DNA from: Eledone cirrhosa
Taxonomy: Eukaryota
Length of the DNA stretch: 64,000 bases
Direction: 5' to 3'
NCBI GenBank assembly: GCA_964016885.1
Contig: OZ024749.1
Span: forward strand, 12,338,001-12,402,000
Shown here: positions 13,595-24,711 of the stretch, in pieces
Layout: every line of letters begins with the position of its first letter
Numbering within the stretch: the first letter of the stretch is position 1
Notes under the pieces: model-generated
Told to the model about the DNA's origin: nothing
The model's input: only the letters and a program-made list of their open reading frames with translations
Databases searched by the model: none
Translations under genes and position numbers: made by a program

Positions 13595-13697
13595 CCATTC
13601 CGTGCCATATTAAAACAGGCGTATGTTGTGCAGCTGCTAAGCACATAGAAATTATTGTTATATAGGAAAGATTTAGCATCGCGTTGATGTTAGCCAT
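13595..13697 (-). CDS. PPT1: Palmitoyl-protein thioesterase 1, first coding exon
   Basis: Reads MANINAMLNLSYITIISMCLAAAQHTPVLIWHGM(G): a signal-peptide-like stretch plus the PPT1 N-terminal motif P-x-x-IWHGMG. It ends at a phase-1 donor G|GTGAGT (13594), the same position as vertebrate PPT1 intron 1. The start codon could be a neighbouring in-frame ATG. Confidence 0.85.
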
Positions 13698-14030
13698 TGT
13701 ATTTATGTTTGGAAAGTACATGAGGGACCGGTTATAATTTGTTTCAGCTACTGGAGTTGACGTCACACTTTACTTACACAGTTTTTCTTCTCTTTGAAAG
13801 AATAAAAATATTTAGACCTAAAAATAAACAATTATTTATTCCCGTTAGATATAATTGAATTTATATAAGATAAATAGCTGCTAAAATGACTGAGTAACTT
13901 TGTTTTCCCAATCACGCGTCGCTCCCCTCAGCTATATTAAGACTCCTCAGTAAATGTGTCGTCTGACACTCAACTGTCTTCCTATTTATTAAACACGCTG
14001 CTATTTACTATTTACTTAAATTCTTTTCCA
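13698..14030. promoter_or_regulatory. Putative bidirectional promoter and 5' UTRs between PPT1 and TMEM65
   Basis: 333 bp of repeat-free DNA between divergent ATGs. It contains TGACGTCA (13758-13765), CCAAT (13908-13912), and Inr-like TCAGTC on - (13893-13888) and TCAGT on + (13947-13951). Confidence 0.65.
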
Positions 14031-14292
14031 ATGGCAGTTATCAGACCAATTTTAAGTAGAGTTTATACGATAATAAATCCTTCTACTTCGTTAATTCTGA
14101 GACATTATAATAAATCGGCTCCAGTATTTGGGAGGTTTGGAAAGGCTCGCCCGCCGGTAGCTCAGAAGCATTTGTTTCTTAAGGACGAAAATGTCAGAGA
14201 CTTCATTTACACACTAAAGCCGAACGAACGGAATATTTTGTTAACGGAACTTACCAAATTTGAAGATGAAAGATTAAAAACATTACAGATCG
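14031..14292 (+). CDS. TMEM65: Transmembrane protein 65 (mitochondrial), first coding exon
   Basis: MAVIRPILSRVY... is an Arg-rich, acid-free presequence. It is followed by VRDFIYTLKPNERNILLTELTKFE, matching the TMEM65 motif (ARDFIYSLHSTERSCLLKELHRFE in human). It ends at a phase-1 donor G|GTAAGT (14293). Confidence 0.85.
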
Positions 14293-14511
14293 GTAAGTTT
14301 ATTTGTTCAATGCTTTATTATTATTATTATTATTATATATATAGCTCATTTCTATTTTATTAGTACCTGTTAATTGATCACCTGTAACTTATTGGTTTAT
14401 CTAATTTCTGGAATATTTTTTAGAGTAAATATAAGAATGACAACCCATGACACATGCACATACACTCTCTCTCTCTCGCGCGCGCACATACACACGCACG
14501 CACACACACAC

Positions 14512-14554
<43 letters not shown>

Positions 14555-14708
14555 CACACACACACACACATAAAATGAATAAATAAATACCTATATCTAT
14601 CTATATAGATGTGTAAAATATCCACTCTACATCTCCCCATATATCGAGTACTCACATGATTTGTGGTCTCCTCGATATATACACACACACACACATATAT
14701 ATATACAC

Positions 14709-14740
<32 letters not shown>

Positions 14741-15339
14741 GTGTATAATCACGATAATCGTAGGATTAAGTACACGATAGATTGCTCTGAGAAGCACATG
14801 CCACAGATTTATAGGCAAAACTGTAATTTTTTTTCTCAAGGGCATTTGTAACATAAAGTGACATAGTAAGAATTGGGGATCGAACCCGGGCCCCTTGCTC
14901 AGTTTGCTATGATATTCCCTCTATAATATTTCATTACAATATTCTACGGCAAGTAAGAGCATTGTTTTCATTAGGATGAAAAGATAGTTTCACAGTGATT
15001 ATAAAAAGACTAACACGGAGTATTGAAAGTACTTTTAACATCATGTTTTCCCTTTCGACACCCGATCAAACTTTCTACACTTTAATAACTTCATATTTAA
15101 CAGTTATAAATAAATTTATCTACGAACATCAAATGCCACTCATTTCATTATTTAAAAAAAAAAAATTGTTCTAGTAAACACAAAACGTAATTATATTTTG
15201 TCTCTATAAAGTATTCATGGAAAATATTTTCAACTCTTATTTATTATTTTTTTTTTTTACATTTATAAATCTTGTAATATCTATGATACTATATTAGGGT
15301 CGAACACTACTTAACTGGAACTCGCCTAACAGAGGTAAC

Positions 15340-15866
15340 TGATAATACTCATGAGGGTGCTTGGCTGTTACATCACCTTAGCCTCGCCATCACCCGAGGT
15401 AACGCTACCAACGTACTGGCTTGCCTCAAAAATTGTTAGAGAGGTTCCCCAGTGCTCCTCGCTATATTGTCATCTTTTGTTCTGGCAGTGGTTTGTCCAC
15501 CCCTTTCATCTACCTTTTGTTGTATGTGGTCCTAGATGTATGTATTACCTGCTGGTGTGTTGTATGTGGTCCTAGATGTATGTATTACATGTGGTCCTAG
15601 ATGGGTGTATTACCTGCTGGTGTGTTGTATGTGGTCCTAGATGTGTGTACTACCTGCTGGTATGTTATATGTGGTCCTAGATGTGTGTACTACCTGCTGG
15701 TATGTTGTATGTGGTCCTAGATGTGTGTACGACCTGCTGGTATGTTGTATGTGGTCCTAGATGTGTGTACTACCTGCTGGTATGTTGTATGTGGTCTTAG
15801 ATGTGTATATTACCTGCTGGTGTGTTGTATCTGGTCCTAGATGTGTGTATTACCTGTTGGTGTGTT
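15340..15866 (+). mobile_element. CRE-like element 3' end whose 3' UTR runs into a short 40-bp array (~15520-15866)
   Basis: Encodes HEGAWLLHHLSLAITRGNATNVLACLK, homologous to 7720-7815. It is followed by a unique flank and then 8-9 units of TGTGTTGTATGTGGTCCTAGATGTGTGTATTACCTGCTGG. Confidence 0.75.
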
Positions 15867-16901
15867 TCCTTAATGAAATCTTATCGACCTCTCATTACAC
15901 AATGAAAAAGAATACCAGTTCTTCCTACTTTCGACGGAATCATTAAAGATTACTGTAACCAACTGTAATGAATATATAGACAAATAAATAAGGAAATCCT
16001 TTCTGATAAAATATTAGGGCTCGAACTGAGTACTTAATTGGAACTAGGATAAGATATTTGGGGTCAAACTGAGTACTTAATTCATAGTTGCACAAACAAC
16101 ACTATATTTTCATTCTGAAAGAATTGTAAACGATTTGTAAACAGAACATATAAATAAATTTACAGTAGAATAACATAACAAATATGTTTTAAATATATAC
16201 ATAAATAACATTACAAATGCTTCGATTGGAACTAGGATAAGATATTTGGGGTCAAACTGAGTACTTAATTGATAGTTTTTTAGTCGATCCACGGAATGAA
16301 GAAAGTTACAGTTGACTTCGATGAGATTTGAACTCGGAACATAAATACCGCAGGTGTTTTGTTACAAAATACTACAGGTGTCATGTTTGAATCTCTGACA
16401 ATTCTGCCGAATCCTGTTATCGTAAGAAAAAATGTGTGTGTGTGTGAGAGAGAGAGAGTGTGTGTGTATGTTTGTGAGAGAGAGAGTGTGTGTGTATGTT
16501 TGTGAGAGAGATAGTGTGTGTGTGAGAGATAGAGAGAGTGCGTGTGTGTGTGAGGGAGAGAGTGTGTCTATGTGTTAAGAATTAAGAAAGTAGTTCTAAG
16601 TAAAGAATGTCTTATATATATATGTCAATTGTGATGTTCATTATATTAGCTTCTCATATGTCGCCCCCTCCTATTTATTTGAATGCTAACACAAATTCCT
16701 AGTCTTCTTTACTTACGATCCTCTACATTCTGAGTTGAAATCTGTTCAGAACTGACTTCAACTTCCATTCTTCCAATGTCGAGTAATGTACCAATAATAT
16801 ATTTAAACGACTTATCGTTTATATCGTGCCTCGTGCTTTTGTTAATATAACAACAATTGATATTATTAGGGTAGTGACCGAGAGAAAATGCCTTGCAGTA
16901 T

Positions 16902-17470
16902 ATAATTGTTTCTACTTTAGACACAAGCGGAGGGGAAAGTCGATTAAATCAACGCCAGTGTATTACTGGTAGTTTATTTTATCGACCCCGTAAGGATGAA
17001 AGGCAAAGTTAACCTCGGCAGGATTTGAACTCGGATCAGTTACGGCCCTTTATGATCTGAGTTCAAATCCCGCCGAGGTTAACTTTGCCTTTCACCCTTA
17101 TGGGGTGATAAAATAAACTACCAGTCACGCACTGGGATCGATTTTCCCCTCCCCCCAAATTGCTGGCCTTGTGTCTATATCGTGGCAGAATCGGTAGAGC
17201 GTCGGACATGCTTAGAGATATAGAGTTATGTCCCTTTACACCCTGAGTTCAAAACCTGTCGGGATTAGCTTTGCTTTTCATACTTATGGAGTCGATAAAT
17301 AAAGCACAAGTAATGCACTGGAGTATCTTTTTATGTTCCTAGTTCAAATGTTGGTCGCGGTCGATTTCAATTTTCCTCCTTTCGGGAGATCTATGAAATA
17401 CCAGTTAAATTCTGGAGTTGATTTTATCGACTACAGGATACCTCTTTCCATAAAATGTCTAGCCATGTGC
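16902..17470. mobile_element. Cluster of about four Meta-like SINE copies (first on -, others on +)
   Basis: Repeated matches to the SINE core. The first two are head-to-head. Confidence 0.8.
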
Positions 17471-17801
17471 CCGTAAGAATTTATTAGAATTACGCTGGAC
17501 AAATAAGTAAACATCTTCAAATAAATACCTTTTAGCGCCTCTCAAATCTTACTCAAGTAGAACTTTTGCCTTACAACCACAGTAAGTTAGGGTTCATTTA
17601 TGCCCTCAGTTACCATCTGGAGAGGAATCTTGACACAATGTTCGTTGACCTTCTGCCTACATATTATCAGGTATCTCGTATGATCGAACACTTGGCTGTT
17701 TAAAATCGATCATCATATATTAATTGCAAATTAGGTTTCATACAGTAAAAAAGTAAGATTAAAATGGTTACATAAGTGTACACAAACGCACGGATATATA
17801 T

Positions 17802-17846
<45 letters not shown>

Positions 17847-17874
17847 TAAATATAGGCATTCATGTGATCAAATA

Positions 17875-17940
17875 TATTTTATTATATATATTTCAGAGGT
17901 ACTGAGCTATTTCAACAGTACGTCCTCATCAGATAAAATA
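17875..17940 (-). ncRNA. Type I hammerhead ribozyme (Penelope-type) in a truncated Penelope tail
   Basis: Minus strand reads TATTTTAT-CTGATGA-GGACGTACTG[TTGAAATAGCT]CAGTACCTCT-GAAA-TATATA-TA-ATAAAATA. It has an intact core, an 8-bp stem I and a palindromic stem III. Confidence 0.75.
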
Positions 17941-18020
17941 AGTTGATGCTTGACACACCTTGGCTATGTTGATGGTTATAATTCAGTCATGACTGAATTA
18001 TAACTATATATTTATAATAC

Positions 18021-18090
<70 letters not shown>

Positions 18091-18092
<2 letters not shown>

Positions 18093-18370
18093 AATGAAAA
18101 AGATATATGTATATATAGAGAGAAAGAGCCATATATTGTATAAGAAACACAGTATATTGTATATATACCAAATACATATTCTATAGAAGAATATGTATAC
18201 AGGTGGAAACGTAAGAGAAACCTTATAGCACTATTTCATACTTGGAAAGTGTAGCTTAAAATCTATCTATGTAATCGATCATCGAAAAAATCAATCAATA
18301 TAATTGATCATCGAAGACAAACGATCGATTATATTAAACCTCACTATATATACATATGTCTTTTTCATTT
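18091..18370. repeat. Interspersed ~280-bp repeat, second copy at ~22236-22525
   Basis: Both copies begin CAAATGAAAAAGATATATGTATATATAGAGAGAAAGAGCCATATATTG and are near-identical for more than 150 bp. Confidence 0.85.
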
Positions 18371-18583
18371 GGTTTATTATTTCTCTAGATAAAGTCTATT
18401 GAGCTTGTTTATTGAGAAACACAAAAGTCTAACATATTTGATGTTTTGATTCATTGTATATATATACTCTGATGTTGTATATAGTCTACTGACTGCGAGG
18501 TTATCTTCACTCGCGATATTGTTATCTTTTGTTCTGGCAGTGGTTTGTCCACCCCTTTCACCTGCCTTTTGTTGAATGTGGTC

Positions 18584-19870
18584 CTGCTGATGTGTTGTAT
18601 GTGGTCCTAGATGTGTGTATTACCTGCTGATGTGTTGTATGTGGTCCTAGATGTGTGTATTACCTGCTGGTGTGTTGTATGTGGTCCTAGATGTGTGTAT
18701 TACCTGCTGGTGTGTTGTATGTGGTCCTAAATGTATGTATTACCTGCTGATGTGTTGTATGTGGTCCTAGATGTATGTATTACCTGCTGGTATGTTGTAT
18801 GTGGTCCTAGATGTATGTATTACCTGCTGGTATGTTGTATGTGGTCCTAGATGTGTGTATTACCTGCTGATGTGTTGTATGTGGTCCTAGATGTATGTAT
18901 TACCTGCTGATGTGTTGTATGTGGTCCTAGATGTATGTATTACCTGCTGGTATGTTGTATGTGGTCCTAGATGTATGTATTACCTGCTGGTATGTTGTAT
19001 GTGGTCCTAGATGTATTTACTACCTGCTGATGTGTTGTATGTGGTCCTAGATGTGTGTATTACCTGCTGATGTGTTGTATGTGGTCCTAGATGTATGTAT
19101 TACCTGCTGGTGTGTTGTATGTGGTCCTAGATGTATTTACTACCTGCTGATGTGTTGTATGTGGTCCTAGATGTGTGTATTACATACTGGTATGTTGTAT
19201 GTGGTCCTAGATGTATGTATCACCTGCTGGTGTGTTGTATGTGGTCCTAGATGTATGTATTACCTGCTGGTGTGTTGTATGTGGTCCTAAATGTGATTAC
19301 TACCTGCTGATGTGTTGTATGTGGTCCTAGATGTGTGTATTACATACTGGTATGTTGTATGTGGTCCTAGATGTATGTATTACCTGCTGGTGTGTTGTAT
19401 GTGGTCCTAGATGTATTTACTACCTGCTGATGTGTTGTATGTGGTCCTAGATGTATGTATTACCTGCTGGTGTGTTGTATGTGGTCCTAGATGTATGTAT
19501 TACCTGCTGATGTGTTGTATGTGGTCCTAGATGTGTGTATTACATGTGGTCCTAGATGTATGTATTACCTGCTGATGTGTTGTATGTGGTCCTAGATGTG
19601 TGTATTACCTGCTGGTGTGTTGTATGCGGTCCTAGATGTGTGTATTACATGTGGTCCTAGATGTATGTACTACCTGCTGGTGTGTTGTATGAGGTCCTAG
19701 ATGTATGTATTACCTGCTGGTGTGTTGTATGAGGTCCTAGATGTGTGTATTACCTGCTGGTGTGTTGTATGAGGTCCTAGATGTGTGTATTACCTGCTGG
19801 TGTGTTGTATGTGGTCCTAGATGTGTGTATTACCTGCTGGTGTGTTGTATGTGGTCCTAGATGTGTGTAC
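18584..19870. repeat. 40-bp tandem array, ~32 copies
   Basis: Same unit and same upstream flank (~18497-18580) as the array at 15520-15866. Confidence 0.97.
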
Positions 19871-21489
19871 CACTTGCTTTGTATATATTATGTTTGTGTT
19901 TTCGTCCTGTAACCATTATATTACATTTTTTTTTATAAAACTGTAAATAAAAGTGACTAAGCGAGCTAATGCCGTGTACCGTTGTTATATATAGGTGAAA
20001 TCTAATACATTTACCAAACTCCTATTTCAATGTAAGTTGGTATTGGACATGATAGATGTTCTTTTAGAACAATTGAGTGCGAGTGTGTATGTGTGTGTTT
20101 GTAAGTGTCTATGTAAGTGCATATATGTATGTCTGTATGTATGTGTGAGAGTGTATATGTATGTGAAAGTGTTTGTGTGTATACTTTGCACATGTGTAAC
20201 GATAACATTTACTTTAAAGTCTGCTATTTTCTTTTCATACTCGTGGCTATTCAATGAAAACAGTAACTAAATAGAGGACACATCGTAACTACTTGATACT
20301 GTTTGCCATTTCCACTGTACTTTTCTAGGGGTGACTTTGCCCCCGTCTAGGTCATTCCTTATTGATTTTCCCCCGATCTCATTTTCTACTAAAATGAACG
20401 ATTTTTAACGATATCTCTTCTCGTATTTCTTTTTCTTTTTTAATCGATGAAAAACATCCAATATTTATATATTCTATAATTCAAAACTCACACACCTTAC
20501 TACGGTTGGTAGTAGGTCTGTATTTAATGCTTTATATATTTCAAATGTTATTGTCATATTGTATTTGGCAGAATCGGTAGAGCGCCGGACGAAATACTTT
20601 GGGTTCTCAGTTTAAATCCCGTCGACGTCAACTTTACCTTTTACACCTTCCGGGGTTGATAACATAAAGTCCAAGATAAATTTAATTTGGATATAATAAC
20701 ATTCTTCGCTGTGAAAAGAAAGAAAATTAAACACACTTTCCACTATTCCCTATAAAGTACCAGTCATGTAGTGAGGTAAATTTAATCGACAGCCCCATCT
20801 CCGCTTTTGTGTGTGTGTGTGTGTGTGGGGGGGGGGGGGTATTTGCTGGCCTTGTTCCTAAATTAGAAGCCAGTATTATTACCACTACTGTTTCATAAAT
20901 ATTTTGTACTTCCCGCATTCTCAATTATCTTTCAAAGAAGACAAAGAAAGAAAGAAAATAGAACTTGTAAACAAATGTATTTATCTATAAATTTGATACA
21001 AGTGAGATCTGAGGGTAAAAGTGGAGGAAAGCGGCGTAATTAAAAAATAGTAACAGCAATTACGAGTAATCAAGTTTGACATTTTTTTTAGAACTGCAAC
21101 TAACAAATACCGTATGTTAGTCATAAAAATAGTTTAAAGATGTCTAATATTTTGTTTTTCAAATAGTTTGGGATTATGTTGCTTGAAAGTAAAACTGTTA
21201 AGAGAGAATGGCTTACTAGATTTATGTTTTAAAATTTAAATATAATTAAAGTTTTTCCAATCTATTATTTTTATTTTTTATTTTTTCAAAATATCACATG
21301 TTTATTTTCAATATAGAAATAATAAAAAAAAAGGAAACAAAAGGAAAGAAAGAATAGGGAAATATATTAAAAAAAAAAAAAATAGAGAGAAAAAAAAGGA
21401 GACAAAGAAAGAAGAAAAAGATTGGGAAGGGAACGAGGATGGCAAGAGCTCTGGTGTCGCGGAAGAGGGAGGGTAATTGGGCTTTGGGC

Positions 21490-21830
21490 CGAGGGCAGAA
21501 GTGCTGCGCCCCACTGATAAGACGGCAAAAGCATTCCTCTGGACAATGACCAGTGACACCCGCTGCAACAGCCACCCAACCTCGCGGAGCTCCCTCCTCA
21601 GACGGGCCGCCGACGCTCCAAACTTGCTGAGGAGCTCAGCAGTACGGGGTCCCAGTACACCTGAGGTCTCAACGGTGACCAGTGTGAAGAGTAAGCAGCC
21701 AGACAAACCCGGTATTTGTTTATTTTACATTCTTCTGCGAAGCAGGCTGCGATGCCGGGGTTTGTGGCCAAAGCGACTAAGTTGGAGATGGAGAACGTGT
21801 GGCAGCAGGTGGCATCCCAGATGAGGAATC
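21490..21830 (-). mobile_element. CRE-like element 3' fragment
   Basis: Reads VETSGVLGP...REVGWLLQRVSLVIVQRNAFAVL, with WDATCCHT upstream in another frame. Confidence 0.75.
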
Positions 21831-22699
21831 AACCTTCGTTTGAACATGAAGTAATGCAGAGAATTCTAAAATAATTTACATTTCAATAAACTTGTCAACA
21901 ATCTTCATTTATTCAGCTTGTTAGAGTTATTGTACACAAATTCTTTAGGCTCTGCTGTGTTAATTTGGTCTGTAGTAGATTATTATCTGTGTGTGTGTAT
22001 ATATATTCTTTTACTCTTTTACCTGTTGCAGCCATGCTGGGGCATATATTCATAAAAGAAAATATGCTAAAAATAATACTGCAAATTTCTGTACCTTCCA
22101 GAAGTTTATTTATTATGTATATAAACACACACATATATATATATATAAAATGAATCAAAACATATCAAATATGTTTAGAATTTTGTGTTTATCAATAAAC
22201 AAGCTCAATAGACTTTATCTAGAGCCATATTAACCAAATGAAAAAGATATATGTATATATAGAGAGAAAGAGCCATATATTGTATAAGAAACACAGTATA
22301 TTGTATATATACCAAATACATATTCTATAGAAGAATATGTATACAGGTGGAAACATAAGAGAAACCTTATAGCACTATTCCATACCTGGAGAGTGTAGTT
22401 CAAAATCTATCTGTAATCGATCATTGAAAAAATCAATCAATATAAGCAATCATCGAAGACAAACTATCGATTATGATTAAACCACTTACCCTCTCTCTCT
22501 CTATATAGATATATCTTTTTCATGTGGTATAAATATATATATAACTTTGATAACTTTTGGCCAATATAGTAACTTAATAACCTGGCGAAGTCTTTCAAAT
22601 CAGGATTTGGAAACCATGGCCCACTCAAATAGAGAGTTATTGTTTACGGAGACATATTCTGGTGTAGGAGGTTTATCTGGAATTTCTTGAAAGAATTTG

Positions 22700-22730
<31 letters not shown>

Positions 22731-24711
22731 GCATACACACAGAATTTTGTGAAGGTGAATCAAAACACACTTATCAACATGGTCTGAGTTCAAATCCCGC
22801 CAAGGTTAACTTTGCCTTTCTTCCTTACAGGGTCGATAAAATAAAGTACCAGTAATGTTCTGGTTAATTGCTGGCCTTGTGCCAAAAGTAGAAACAATTA
22901 TTTATTTTTTACAAAATGTTTTATATAGAGAGATATTCTAATAGTGCAATTTCAAAATATAAGGAAAATTTCGACCTGAAATCATTTGTAAGTTTGTGAT
23001 ATAATATTTCTATTTTTGATAAAAACCTATTAGACCATTACTCACCTGAGTACTTGGTAATTGGGGTAGTAGAGTGTGGTAATATGAAGGATTCTGGATC
23101 CCGTCGGCTGAGCTCCTGCTGTTTCAACAGCTAATTTCTCCAAATGGAGAAACAAAAAACAAAAAAGTTCTCAGTACTGTCCCAAATAATGCAGAAATCC
23201 ATCCTGATCAAGAGGCCTATCCACCGAAGAAGACCTTTCATGCATAAATCTGGATAAATGCACCCTTAATAACGCAGCTTTACCTTTCTAGTTGTTGAAT
23301 TTCTCAATTAGCTTTATTTTTCTATGTTCTTCTTACCCATTCCATCAGATAAACAAAAATAAAGTCAGTTTTGGTCCCAATAAATAACAAGGGAGACATG
23401 GTCTGACATGGAATTAAAAAAAACTGGAAGAAAGGCTTTCTATGGTGAAAATTGCCTGGCAACGACGGGCTACTCTGCTAGTATAATATAAGGTATATCT
23501 GTATTTAACTGCCCATATCATATTCTTATCTGAACAAGTATTTTGAAGGGCATAAACGTCTGCTTGAGATAGAATTATTTTATAAATTTTGAAGTATCTT
23601 CTAGCTGATCTTAGCTGGCCTTTTATATGTATGTGCCTGTATGTACATCTGTGTGTATGTCTATGTTTTTTGTATGTATGTATGTTTTTGTGTGTATGTA
23701 TATATGTATGTGTGTGTGTATATATATATATATATACACACAGACATACATATCTACATACACACACACATATATAGTATGTTAAACATGACAACCTGTC
23801 TAACCCATGCAAGACATGGTCCACTCACTTGACATGTCTCAGAACATGACAACCTGTCTAACCCACACAAGCATTGACATTATACATTAAACAGTGATGA
23901 TGATGATAAACAAGGAAAACCAAAGGAAAAAGATTTTATTGCTGTCATGAAGACAACAAAAGTTCTGGAATGAACTGTTATGTATTTTCATAGTCTGGTG
24001 TAGATAATTGTAAAGAGAGATATATTGAAAATTCTGTGATAATTGATGTTAGGGAGCATAGTGTTTGATGATAATAGATAGAACACCTCCAGAGCTGGTT
24101 GTATTATTGCAATGGAAGTGTTTGCTCTTGAAATATGTATATGGTGGTGAAGCTGGTGGGAGGGTTTTGTGTAAGTTGCAAAAATGAGCAGCAAATGGCA
24201 TAGTTTTTGCGATTTACAGCTGAACTAATTACAGAAACATTTTGGTGGCGGAGTGGTGAATATTAAGGATTCTCAGAAGTTAATAACACAACAATCTTAT
24301 TTGTAAGGGTGTTAACGCTTAGTTACAAATTAGGAAGCAAATGAACTTGTAGCTTGTTTAATGCATTCAAATATCTTTACTTTATTCAGTGGTTACCTTG
24401 GACAGGTGGTGGTGGTGGTGTGTACCCTTAATGTAATTCTCAGGGAGATTGAGTGTGATGTGGTGTAAGACAAGGTTGGCTTTTTGAATTACAGGTACAG
24501 TCCGTCTAATGAGGTTCCCAAACAGTTTCCATCTAACCAATTTTACTCACAAGGCATGGATCAACCCGGGTTGTGTTATTACTACTACTATAATAGTTTT
24601 GGGTCATTGGATCTAGCAAGGTACACCAAACCTCTGCCCAAGTTTAATCAATATTCTACCTTTCTTCCACTTATCTCTATTACCACATCCTACAAACGCC
24701 CCTACACTGAA

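Noticed and set aside
13533-13766. Full 77-aa and 135-aa ORFs (also 13956-14363) as single-exon genes
   Set aside because: Homology stops at canonical GT donors, and the ORF tails are intronic read-through.
17536-17581. Candidate TMEM65 exon 2 (TTTTAG...GTAAGT)
   Set aside because: At 46 nt it changes phase relative to the expected exon, and the peptide shows no similarity to TMEM65.
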